Shown here piece after piece: positions 37,496-50,220 of a stretch of DNA of 64,000 nt. The position numbers and the translations under genes were made by a program. The stretch is taken from the NCBI GenBank assembly GCA_951406725.2, contig OX597814.1, positions 205,096,001-205,160,000 of the forward strand. Direction: 5' to 3'. Every line of letters starts with the position of its first letter. The stretch's first letter is position 1. Source of the stretch: Octopus vulgaris (Eukaryota). The notes under the pieces are model-generated. The model was given only the letters and a program-made list of their open reading frames with translations, was not told where the DNA came from and searched no databases.

Positions 37496-37562
37496 TCAGT
37501 AGATGAAATCCCAAGAGCTTGCATTGGTAAAGATTGGTGCCAGTCTTGGAATGTCAAACAGC
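37496..37562 (-). CDS. Gene B last coding exon ((W)LFDIPRLAPIFTNASSWDFIY*)
   Basis: Acceptor ttatcctcttctctag; phase 2 matches the upstream exon; TGA at 37498-37496. Confidence 0.75.
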
Positions 37563-37711
37563 CTAGAGAAGAGGATAAAAGTGAAACAAATTTTCACCTG
37601 TTCCTTTCTCTCTAATAGCAGTTTACTGTGGAAATTCCTCAGTGGCCAAATGTTGAGAAATAAATAGCACTAGATGGAGGTCTAAGAAATTGTTGAGTTC
37701 ATATCGCCTAC

Positions 37712-37782
37712 CACATATCTGGATCATAAGGGTCTTTTCTCTGATAATTGGCAAACGTTGGATATTGTTCTGTTGGCGTGAC
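37712..37782 (-). CDS. Gene B exon (VTPTEQYPTFANYQRKDPYDPDM)
   Basis: Acceptor ttttccacctcaag, donor gtaggc, phase 0 to 2, 149-nt intron to the next exon. Confidence 0.75.
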
Positions 37783-38817
37783 CTTGAGGTGGAAAAACAA
37801 GAATATTTATCATAACATCAGCTTTAATTAGATGAATTTGATAGAATTAAATCGACAAGAATAGTTAAGAAAAAGAAGTGAAAATACAATGATGATGATG
37901 AGAATAATATGGAGGAGGTAGATGATGATAATTATAATAATAATAACAATGATAATAATTATTATTATAATAATATTAATAATAATAATAATAATAATAA
38001 TGATAATAATAACTTTGTTTTTAGATACAGTTTGTTTCATTCTTAAAAGAAACATTTTGATTAATTTTGCAAAACAAAAGACAATTACAACAGTGTGAAG
38101 GTGAGAAATGGATGTAATTTGTGGTCGAGCAGAAAGAAAAAATATTTACTGAGTTAAATTTAACATGAGAGAAATGAAAAACAGCAAAGATTAAAAACAA
38201 ATAAAAAACCATAATAGATTAAGAGAAAAACCATAAAGCAAACCAAAATAAAATGTTAGATTGTTTCTCAAAAAAAAAAAAAAAAGAATTCTACTTCTGT
38301 GACTTATAAATTTGTTTTCAATGAAAATTATTAGTTTGTTGTATGGAACGATGCAGATCATCTCAGTGCTAAACACTCATGTATTTATCTGTCAGAATAC
38401 ATTGAATCATATTCTAGTTTATATGTGCTAGATGTTTACCAGATGTCCACCAGATGCTGCCATGAGACAGATGTCTGCAGAGGATAACTAGAGAGATAAA
38501 TAAATGTGCTGCTTTGTTTTTGGTCATAATCTTAGCACAAACAATCTCCTCCTCCTCTTCATCTTTTCCTTCCCCTCCTCATCAGCAGCAGCCTTTACTT
38601 ATTAATCAAAGCCAGCATTACAGTTGTCAGTGTCATCATCATCTAATTGTCATTGTCATTATAGCACTCATTGTTGTCATTACCCTCATCATAATCCTCT
38701 TTCTTTTCATGTTCATCCTCATCATCTTCTGTTGGTGTACATGTCTCTCAACTTAGCTGTATTTGTACTTAGATGTAATCAATCCAGACCTTTTGGACAC
38801 CCTTTCTTTAGACAGAC

Positions 38818-38919
38818 TCTGAATGAAAATTCCCTATTATAAAGACAATATAACCCTCCTGCCTCATCATCACCATCCCCTCTATCATCTTGAATTGCTT
38901 TAATAAAGTTATTCTTTGT
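38818..38919 (-). CDS. Gene B exon (TKNNFIKAIQDDRGDGDDEAGGLYCLYNREFSFR)
   Basis: Acceptor ttatttaatctccag, weak donor gtctgt, 102 nt, phase 0 to 0. Confidence 0.6.
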
Positions 38920-39335
38920 CTGGAGATTAAATAAAAGCTGAAATACAATGCCAAAGACATCAGTTGTGATTGAAGACAAAACAGTAACTGTGGAAGTGAT
39001 TCAAACACGTGTATATAGAACTGTAGCAAATACTGGCTGTGGGGAAACAAAGCATTGATCACATGTTAATATCCCAGCATGCAATGTGGGAATAGTGAAA
39101 GTGAATAAGTATAAAAAAAAAACCCAATGAATACATGCCCACATGTGTATAATATTGTAAAGTAGAATGTCTTCATGTTGCTTGAAGAGAGAAAATGATT
39201 AATTGAAATAATCAACAGAAAAAGGCTTTACACAGGATATCTCTGCCATATTGACAACATCAGTAAAGATATTACATTGGAGTTATTTCTTTAAATATAT
39301 CATTAGCTTATTTATATATGTGTATTTTTTTTTTT

Positions 39336-39412
<77 letters not shown>

Positions 39413-39731
39413 CAGGGAGAAAGACAGAGAGTTGTCCATAAGTCAGAAGGAAAGGAGCCTTTATATGTTGAATAATAGAGTGGAGTATATAAATAATTGA
39501 TTAGTTAATTACAGTACTGGTTTCAAATTTTGGCACAAGGCTAGTAATTTCAGGGGAGTGGCTAACTCGATTACATCAACCCCAGTGTGTAACTGGTACT
39601 CGTTTTATCGACCCTAAAAGGATGAAAGGCAAAGCTGACCTCAGTGGAATTTCAAATCAGAATGTAATGCGGGAAGAAATACCACAAAAGCATTTTGGTT
39701 GGAATGCTAACAATTCTGCCAGCTCACTGCC

Positions 39732-39861
<130 letters not shown>

Positions 39862-40775
39862 CATACATATATGTATATATATATATATATATATATCATC
39901 ATCATCATCATCATCGTTTAACGTCCGCTTTCCATGTTAGCATGGGTTGGACGGTTCAACTGGGGTCTGGGGAGCCCAAAGGCTGCACCAGGCCAGTCAG
40001 ATCTGGCAGTGTTTCTACAGCTGGATGCCCTTCCTATACATACATATATATATATACATATACATAAATATATACATGTACATACATATGTATACACACA
40101 TACATACATACAAACACATCTATCTATCTACCTATCTGTCAGTGGATAGAAGAATTTCGTAATGTGACAAATAAAAAAGTCTTGGGTGATGCAATATTTA
40201 GTTATGATGATTTACGTTCTGAGATCAAATCATGCTTGAATCAAATTTTCTTGTGTTATAAGACTCTTAATTACTTAATTATTATAGTCAATTTAATATA
40301 TTGATCTCACCTCACCTTCACCAAAATATAAACTAATTTTGGAATCATTAGCATTTTATTAATTGTTATATCATTTAATACACTTCATAAATGCAGTTAC
40401 CAACATAGAATGCCAGCAATATTGAATGGATGATGTGGTACACAGCTGATTAATTTGAAACTAATATTTCTTGAGTAATTTTCTTCTATTCACCATGGGA
40501 GGATGAGAGGCAAAACTGACCTTTGTAGGATCTGAATTCAGCATTTATACACCACATGACAGTTTAGCCTTCTGCTATCAAATATATATATATATATATA
40601 TTTAAAAAATAGGATAAAATCTTAATAAGAAATTATCAGGTAGTTAGCGTGAAAAGCTCATAAGAGAAAAAAATCTGTAAATTTTTTCACTTGAAAATAT
40701 TTATTTATATTATATAGAGGGCATTATTACACATAAATGCCACACACTGTGGCATTTATGTGTAATGATGCCCTC

Positions 40776-40836
<61 letters not shown>

Positions 40837-40973
40837 GTAAATCATAAATCCGAAAAAGAAACAGACTCTAAGTTATAGAGCAGTATAGTATAAAGATAGA
40901 TTAAGTCTATGGGATTACCCTGTGTTTCACATCCATGACCTCTTGCTACAGAGGCCATGTGCCAACAGATTTG

Positions 40974-41034
40974 GGGATCTGATGATATGCTGTAAAACTA
41001 AGCACTTTATGGAAATGAAACCCAGGGTAATCTC
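40974..41034 (+). ncRNA. Hammerhead ribozyme-like motif (weak stem II)
   Basis: gggat-CTGATGA-t...t-GAAAC-CCAGG-GTA-atctc: 5-bp stem I, stem III ACCCAGGGT. Overlaps the right arm of an inverted repeat (~40887-41061) between (TA)n tracts. Confidence 0.55.
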
Positions 41035-43689
41035 ATAGACCAGCCTTACCTATCTTTATATATATATATATGTGTGTGTGTGTTCAAAATGCCTGAGAAA
41101 ATGGTCTGTAATTCATGTAATGTAATACAATACTGAACAAATAAATAGCCATGTTATGGAAATGAGCATATCATAATTTGAATATTTCTACTATTTATAA
41201 TCTTTTATTTCGAATATATATTCAAAAAGTAAATTATTTTGTATTTAGCATGAGGGGAAAATGAGGGAAGGAGAGATATCCCTTATAATGCCTGAGAAAT
41301 TAAAATTTGTGAAATCAGGTTTATGTGTACCCAACATATTGTACATATATTTAAATTTATATCTAAATGTACATACATGTTTTATATACATACATATATA
41401 GACACATTATATATATATTAGTACACATACACACATACATGTTTATATATATATTCTATTATAAATGTGTGTGTGTGTATATATATGTGTATTCGAATAC
41501 TTGTGTACTTATTCATATACACTTATATACATAAATTTACTTATTTATGAATGCTTGTATACATATCTATATATGTGCATACAATGATTTAACTTCCCAT
41601 GATACATACATATGTATGTATGTATGTATGACAGCCACTCATACACAAATAAATATAAATGATATGAGTAAATAGATCAACAAGTAATTTTAAACTGAAT
41701 AACACAGGTTTCATAGTATTTTAAATACAATGTTTATACTAAAATCAATTGAATAGTGTAAGTGCCAACTAAGTACATCATTAAAACACACACACACACA
41801 CACACACACACAGATAGCTTCTTCACAGTTTCTCTCTATTAAATCCCATTTACGAGGTAATGGGTAAACTCGAGGCTATTGTAGAAGACATTCGCTTAAC
41901 ATATGGTGTTGTGGGACTGAATGTAGTAGAGAGCTTCCTAACCACAACGGCATACCTTTCCCTATGATATTTATAGTGATATTTATTCTACATAATATTG
42001 TTCATGCCCATTCTGTTAAGTTTACAATAGTATTAAGTTACATAATTGTCTGGTTAGCATCTAAAAGCATGTTTCTCTGTTTCAAATATATTCAGATGCT
42101 TCAAACAATGTTTTGTAGAAAATCTTAGATTTGTCAAGCAAGCCATTTGATAAATCCTATAACTTGTAACATAAGGATTGGATTCTAGCTTTTCATTTCT
42201 CTTCAGAATTTTGTGCAGCTAATCTGCACAAGAACTGCCAATGGCAGCATTGAATATGCTAATAAGTAAACAGCAAAAGACATCTGCTAGTAGAAATTTG
42301 GCCAAAATGAAATAACAATATTCATTGTTATATGTGTTATTCAGTTACCATTAGTTTGTTGAAGTCTCTACTCTAATTTAATACAATTCCATTTTCTTCT
42401 TCAGCTTTCCCAGAAATTAGCTACTTCCTTGTTGCTACAGAGTCAAATAAAGACATTTAATAACATTAAAACGGTCATACTATTGTGAAATGAATATAAG
42501 TATAATGAATTGTTTTCTGTGAAAATATTCTGAGGTGGAAAAGCAGAAAATTAGTTGTACATTCACAAGAATTTTTACATCACCAAAGATTCTCATTTCT
42601 TTAATATTTTCCAAAGATAAAATGTTTCAACTATAGAGGTATTTTTGATTAAAGGATTTCATTAAAAAATGATTATAAAAACAAAAAAATCTTTCATATT
42701 AAATTCAACTGCTTATTACAGATCATATATCTGTGGTTTCAAAACAGATTTTCCATCCATGATTTTGAACTATGCTCAGCCATTGGTTGTCAAGTGGTAT
42801 TCATGAGGTTTCATCTTGTACGTTAGTATTTAGTATGTCAGTAATCTTTGACTTCGAAGAAATGATATTTCAAAATTCCATGAGAAGATGCTCTTCTATT
42901 TCCAAATCCAGTGTTTTGCAAAACTTAGAAATTTCTTAATTTTTCATTTCTCTTTCTGCTTAATTATCTCTTATTGCAGGGACTGGTGATATTTCTAGAA
43001 TAAATATGGTTTCTATTTATTTGTAATATTGTTCATGATGTAAAGGTTATTTTGGTTATTCAGTGTAACACTGTAATAATGGCAAAGCTATTTCAAACAT
43101 AAAATAAGAATCAGGTATTTTTTTCATCTGAAAGAAATTTCGTAAATCATACAATTAGCCTCACAATGAAAGAGACTGGGCTTTTGCAATAATTCAGAGG
43201 CAATCCAAGCAAACTCTTTTTCCAACTATGTTTTTTTTAATTTTTGTTTTTGTGGAATTTTTTCAAATCATGTGTCATGCTAATAGTAAGTCCTTTACTT
43301 TAAGATGAAGACCAGCAAGGAGCAGAATATCATTTCAGGCTGTGGTTTAGCATTGCTGCAGAGATAAACTACAGAAAGGAGTGGAATGTGATCCAATTCA
43401 TTCCAGCACTATTGCAGACTTACAGAGGAACTTAATTCAGTGTGATCTCAAAGGGCTTTTCAAAGCAATGTTTAGAGCATTAAGGCATGCAATAGAAGCC
43501 TTAGAGAATTTCCAGAAAATCATAAAACAAAACAACAAATAAAAATAAACCCCAAACAAAAAAAAATCCAAAACAGAAAATTAATTTCAGAAGTAAGAGA
43601 TCATCTGATATATTGTGACTTCAAGAAAACTTCAGTTGTGTGTCATTCAAGAAGACCAACATACCAATTTGTAGTAAGTGCACTCCACG

Positions 43690-44050
43690 AAGACCAACAT
43701 AGCAACATATGCTGGAAAGATTAAGAACGCTATTAAGAAGGAATTGAGTGTGTTACGAAAAAGTGCGAAGCTCTTCCAGAACAATGCTTCTGTACACTCG
43801 ATGCAAATGGTAACTGCTGCAGCCTTCAGCAAGGAATTTTGTTTCGGTTTTACTCACCACATGTTGCATCTTTTACTTGTAACTGGAGCTGAAATTGGAA
43901 CTAGCGGATGGATATTTCTGATATTTGTATGATAACCAATTTATTTTGGAAGCAGTAGAAGGGTTTCTTGCAGACCACTCGTCTGGAACAGCAATGGCTG
44001 AACACCGTGGAATATTAGGAGAAGGTGACTATATAGTAGAAAACAAAATA
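43690..44050 (+). mobile_element. Highly degenerate mariner transposase 3' remnant
   Basis: KIKNAIKKE..LFQNNASVHSMQMVTAAA resembles LFHQDNAPVH; ends EGDYI. Confidence 0.6.
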
Positions 44051-44543
44051 AAATGCCTTTAGTCGAGTTTGAACCCATTACTTTACCGCATCAGTTAGAG
44101 CTTAGTGAAATGGTCTTATTTGTGAATTTGAGAAATTGAAAGTCATTTTTCCCTCTCCCACTGCCATTGTTTTTTGATAATTCATCTAAATTAGAGAAAA
44201 AAGTGGTGAGGGAGAATAAAGTTGTTGAAATATTTTAACATTTCGTCACTGAATGTTTTTGGAAAATATTTTTGAATGGAATCTTTTCAAGAGTTTGTCA
44301 GAATAATTGACTGAAGTGTTTGAGTTATTAAAGTCAAAACAATTAATCACAGCACATCAGATATTAGACAAGCACTGAAACAACACAGATGGAACAACGA
44401 GGGAAAAGCCAAAAGCTTGAAAAAGATATTAGAAATGATAATTTGATTTTTGTGATTCTGCTTTTTGTTGTTCAATATACTTTCTTGTTTTCTGATGAAA
44501 CTGTAATTTATATTGACAATGTGTGTGTGCATGCATATATATG

Positions 44544-44595
<52 letters not shown>

Positions 44596-45530
44596 CATAT
44601 ATATATATACACATATAAATAGACACATATATATGTATGTATATGTTGGTTGCAAATTTGATTTTGAGCATAACTATGTTCTCATTGCAGGCATATTCTT
44701 GTAACAGGCTTGACAGCATTTCTACCATGGGCACTCAGAGGACTACACACACACACACACACATACAAATATATATGTAATGTGTTTATATATATATATA
44801 TTTATGTTTATAGCTGTGTGTGTATTCTTTTATTCTTTTACTTGTTTCAGTCATTAGACTGCGGCCATGCTGGGGCACCGAAAGCATGGACTATAGTAGT
44901 TTAAAATTTTTTTATGCATGGTACTTATTCTATCCATCTCTTTTGCCAAACTGCTAAGTTGCATTAAACACACCAACACTGGTTGCCAAGTGGTGGTAGT
45001 GGTTGTGGGGGGCACACACACACACACACATGTATATATATACATGTATATATGATGGGCTTCTTTCAGTTTCCAAATCCACTTACAAGTCTTTGATTGG
45101 CCTGAGGCTGCAGTAGAAGACACTTGCCTAAGGTGCCACTCAGTGGGACTGAATTTGGAACCACGTGGCTGGGAAGTAAGCTTCTTACCATACAAAAACA
45201 ATCCATACAACAACTATTCATATATATATATATATATATATGAATAGGTAGCTACATTAATATTTATGCAACATATTAAGCAAGTTCTCAATATGATAAA
45301 GTAGAGCATAATATAATTTATTTATTGTTGAGATCTTAGGGCTCACTACTCAGAGTTTACTAGTTTTGTTCACCAAAAAACTGAAATTCTAGATAGTGAA
45401 TCAGAACAAGATTTCAGTTCCATATGTCTTATATTATTATTATTATTTGTATCATGCCTAATGTTATATTTTTGCACTCAAGTCAGAATCAAATTTACAG
45501 AATTATGGTTGTTGTCTGTAAAAGCATGAA

Positions 45531-45950
45531 GGCGCAGGAGTGGCTGTGTGGTAAGTAGCTTGCTTACCAACCACATGGTTCCGGGTTCAGTCCCACTGCG
45601 TGGCACCTTGGGCAAAAGTCTTGTACTATAGCCTCGGGCCGACCAAAGCCTTGTGAGTGGATTTGGTAGACGGAAGCTGAAAGAAGCCCGTCGTATATAT
45701 GTATATATATGTATGTGCATGTATGTTTGTGTGTCTGTGTTTGTCCCCCTAGCATTGCTTGACAACCGATGCTGGTGTGTTTACGTCCCCGTTACTTAGC
45801 AGTTCGGCAAAAGAGACTGATAGAATAAGTACTGGGCTTACAAAGAATAAGTCCCGGGGTCGAGTTGCTCGACTAAAGGCGGTGCTCCAGCATGGCCGCA
45901 GTCAAATGACTGAAACAAGTAAAAGAGTAAAAGAGTAAAGAGTAAAAGAG
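45531..45950 (+). mobile_element. Full-length family A CORE-type SINE with 31-bp TSD
   Basis: Complete head to (AAAGAGT)n tail; flanking direct repeats at 45501-45531 and 45952-45982. Confidence 0.95.
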
Positions 45951-46100
45951 TAATTATGGTTGTTGTCTGTGAAAGCATGAAGAGCTGTGTGATGGTATCC
46001 TTTCTCTTACATGAGTCATACATACACAAATATACTATGTGGTTTTATCCACACCCATATTTCACATGATTTTACATACATGTATCTGTTACACCTTTAC

Positions 46101-46169
<69 letters not shown>

Positions 46170-46819
46170 TACAAACCTTCTCATACAAGTGTACATTATA
46201 TGATTTCGCATGTGTGCATGTTATATAATTTTTACACGTGCACACACATATCACATAATTTTACTTGCACACATATATGATTTTACCTATATACATATAT
46301 TTCATGTTGCATATATACATATATTGTATGATTATAAATACATGCATATATTACATGATTTTACATACCTATATTACATGATTTCTGAACATGCTCATAC
46401 ATTTCATAATGTTATGTATACATATATTACATGATTTTATCTACATTCATACATTACATGATTTTCTTCGAGTGCGTGTACTGTAAGAAATTATATTCAT
46501 GTCTACTGTGCTCAGGAAAATAGACTTGAGATGTAGCAGTGTAGCTGAATTAATAAACATTAAATAGACAATGGAAGAAGTATTAGTATTACGAATAACA
46601 TTTGAGATCTCAATTTGCATAACTGCTCTACTCTGATAACAACTACCAGAACTATCATTACGAGACAGATTTAAATTTGTATTTGTAGATCAGTTATCAT
46701 TTAGAGATTAGTGTCATCATAAGACTGTTGTTTAATTAAGCCCTAATAAATGACAAAAGAACAGTAGGTTCATATTTCTTAAAGGACTTGGAATGTAATG
46801 ACATTTATATATATATATT

Positions 46820-47315
46820 TATAAATGAGGGTGAAAAATTGATATTAATTTAATAATACCATTAATTTAACACCGAGTGGCTTAGCACAAAAAACTACGC
46901 AGAAAATACAAATTTATACATAAATTATTAGAGAGTTAACCACTATGTGGATAGCTCTTGTGCTAAAAATAGCTCCGATAGTATAGCCACAGAAAAAGAT
47001 GTTTCCAATTAGAAATAACATACATCTAACGGAAGGAAAGTGAAATATAACGAATAAATAGATTGACCCTGAACAAATTGTTTCATTACTAACGTAATAT
47101 GTAATTTTACTTACATACACATCTATAAATCATCAGCAGAGGTTTGTCTTAAATACAATTAATTAGACCGACACGAGCGTCAAAAACACGTGCGGTTTAA
47201 CGAATTGCATTTTTAGTTATGCCTCAATTGGAAACATCTTTTTCTGTGGCTATACTATCGGGGCTATTTTTAGCACTAGAGTTATCCACATAGTGGTTAA
47301 CTCTCTAATAATTTC
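46820..47315 (-). mobile_element. (TA)n-embedded cassette: ~90-bp inverted repeats enclosing a hammerhead motif
   Basis: Arms 46922-47010 and 47226-47313 are reverse complements. The 3' terminus CCCTCATTTAT is shared with the cassette at 4220-4330. Confidence 0.7.
47067..47141 (-). ncRNA. Minimal type-I hammerhead ribozyme motif
   Basis: Minus strand: ctctg-CTGATGA-t-tta..gtatgtaa..ttacatat..taa-t-GAAAC-AATTT-GTT-caggg; 5-bp stem I, GUU triplet. Confidence 0.75.
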
Positions 47316-49509
47316 TATATATATATATATATATGTGGAGGCGCAATGGCCTAGTGGTTAGGGCAGCGGACTCGTGGTTTCGATTCCCAGACCGGGTGTT
47401 GTGAGTGTTTATTGAGCGAAAACACCTAAAAGCTCCACGAAGCTCCGGCAGGGGGGGGGGGGTGATCCCTGCTGTACTCTTTCACCACTCTTTCTTCTGT
47501 TGGCCTGCTCACTTAGCCAGCGGGGTGGCGTCATTTGAAGGCTAAAACAATGCAAAGCTCATTGTGACCAGCGATGTGTAGCAACACCTGATGGTCTGGT
47601 CGGTCACGGTGATCACGGTGATATATATATATATATATATAAAACTAAAGGAATATATAAGCATCCTAAAATTATTTGTCCGTTTCTTATATGTTTGATG
47701 ATGACACAAGTGTCTAGAAATGTTTATTGTATAGAAAAAAGGATCAGTGGACTGACAGACTTGGTAGAGCAGCTAACCAAATACCTTACAATATTTATTT
47801 ACATCTTTATTTCCCTGAGTTCAAATCCTGCTTATGTCAACTTTGACTTTCATGTTCCAAGGTTGATAAAATCTATATTACCAATACCAGAATGTCTGCT
47901 ATTATGCAAGGCTGTTGAAATAAGGTTTAAAGTTTGACATAGCTTGTATATTTAATCAGAAAATTTGAAACAACAGTAATGAAATCCTGTTTCATGTTTG
48001 TTTCACATTGAATAATAATAAACGTTGATATAGCAAATTAATTGTAAACTTTGGAGGTTTCATGTCTCCATTCAATGGGCAAGACATTAATCTACATCTG
48101 TTGATAAGGATCCAATATGGAAGTCAGGGATTTTTGGGGGTGTGTATATTAACCCCTTAGTGAAGTTTACTCCGAGGGTGGCAGTAGCTGTCAAAGATCC
48201 CAGTTATGAGTCAATGAACAGATGGTCCTGTGGCTGAGGCATGCAGGTCACAGAGAGGAGATCTGGCCCCTAGTCATGTGTCACACAGGCCTACAGGTGT
48301 GTGGATATATCCTGATGTTATGTGAATGTGTCCCTATGCCTAGGAGTTAAATAAACCTCAAAGGTAAACTTGGGAGTGCCAGAGACGAGCTGAGGAAAGG
48401 GTAAATAAACAGACTGAAGGCAATGGGGAACCAATTCTGTGTCTTTCCCAAGAAAAATCAAGAATCTTTAGACTTTATGTAACAATATAATTACCAGCAC
48501 AAAAATGTGTTATGTTGTGTGGAGGAAGGGATAGGAAAGATGGAAGTTCATGATTGCTGATGCTTTTAGGCATGGTGCAGAGAGAGATAGAGAGAGGGGG
48601 GAGAGGGAGAGAGAGGGAGAGAGGGGAAGAGGGAGAGGGAGGGAGAGAGAGGATTTCTTTACCATTATTTAACGTCAATTTGTCCATGTTTGCGTGGGTC
48701 AGATGGAATTTACTGAAGTAGATTTGCTACTACCAGATGCCCTTCCTATCAGCAACCTTCATCTGTTTCCCCTTGGTCAGATAAGTTTTTCCACAAAAGA
48801 TTAGACAAAATCACTTGTGTGATGGTAATGCTCATTTACAACCATCACATGATGTCAAAGTAAAGGTACACACACACACGAGATGGGATTCTACTCAGTT
48901 TCTGTCAACCAAATCTACTCATAAGGCTTTGGCTGGCTTGGCACTATAGTAGAAGACATGTGTGAAAGTTGCCACGAAGTGGTTCTGAACTAATGATTCG
49001 TGGTTGGGAAGGAAACCTCTGAACCACATGACTGCAATTTTTTGCAATGGAACAAAACCACAAATTTCCTTCATCATCATCATTGTAATTGTTTAACGTC
49101 CACCTTTAACGATGATGATGATAAGGATGAATGAAATTTGTAGTTAGAGATTGTAATTTGTTTGGTTTAAACTCAGAGCTACACTCTTAGTTTATTGAAT
49201 CTGGAATCATAAGAGGCAAAGTAAGATTTGATGGGTTTTGAATTCAGAATGTAAAAGGATAGAACTAAATAGCAAAGGGCTTTCTGCCAAGCACTCTACC
49301 AATTAAGCCAATCCTAAATAGAAAGCTAGCATCAGTTCCAAACTCTGTTTTAATGCTGATGTAATAGATTGAAGTAAAGAAAATTAGATGTGTAGTCACT
49401 GTTTCATGATACAGAGTCAAGCTGAAACCTTTTAAATGATATTTGAAGGTATTTTAAGTCTGTAACTGAATAGCCACAGAAGAGCAAAGAAGCCCCCAAT
49501 TTAGATCCC

Positions 49510-50220
49510 AATGCACTTGCCTTGCTTTGTCTATTCCCATCGTCCTTGCCAAGGGTCAGGGACCATGCATGTATCATCTTTCTTCATGGTTGTGCATTTG
49601 GTGAGCTCTTCCAGTCCATTCTTTGTGGTCATCCAGCAAATATTTTCTCAGTCTCCCCAGTTCTGGTGGTTCTTCCCTCTCTTCAATGTGAATGCTACGA
49701 TTCTGGGCCATGATGACATACCAAGCACCGCAGCTCTTTGTTCCCGTTTTCTCAAGTATTGACTGAAATGGTCAGCCCAGCTGATCCTCAGTACTCCTTG
49801 GTAGCACATTGTTTCAAACACTTTGAGTTTCGTAGAGTTGTTTGCTTTCAGGATTCAGCTTTCACATTCCACATAGTGCAACAGGTCAGATCAGTGTCTT
49901 CATAAGCTATAATTTGTTGTTCTTATTAAGAGCTTTGTCTTTCCAGGTTATAGTGAATGACTTTAAAGCTGATCTTACTGTCCTGAGTTGTACTCTTAAT
50001 TCATAACCTCCATCTCTTAATGATAGTTACCTGATATTTGAACTTGGTGACCCATTCTAACGTTACTCCTTGGAATTGGATATTGCATTGATGATATGAC
50101 TTTTGTCTTCTTTGCATTGATTTCTAGTTTGTGTTCAGTCAATACACTTTGCAGCTTGTCCAGTAATCACTGTATCACATCTGGCAATGTTTATGATAAG
50201 GATTATTTTGTCAGCAAACC
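49510..50220 (-). mobile_element. Degenerate RTE-clade LINE fragment
   Basis: Minus-strand remnants FAD.., LEWVTKFKY and the thumb/C-terminal region, with many stops. Confidence 0.6.

Noticed and set aside
35150-39200. Conserved bilaterian miRNA hairpins in the repeat-poor region
   Set aside because: No mature sequence I know was found by eye. The region is better explained as gene B exons and 3' UTR.
43420-43500. Minus-strand exon-like segment with a gtaagt donor
   Set aside because: Stop codons in all three frames.
47337-47400. tRNA gene candidates at SINE heads
   Set aside because: They have A/B boxes but no complete cloverleaf, and they continue into SINE bodies.
47690-47735. TTGATGA-tgacac-aa-gtgtc-ta-GAAAT hammerhead-like hairpin
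   Set aside because: The core C is mutated and stems I and III cannot form.
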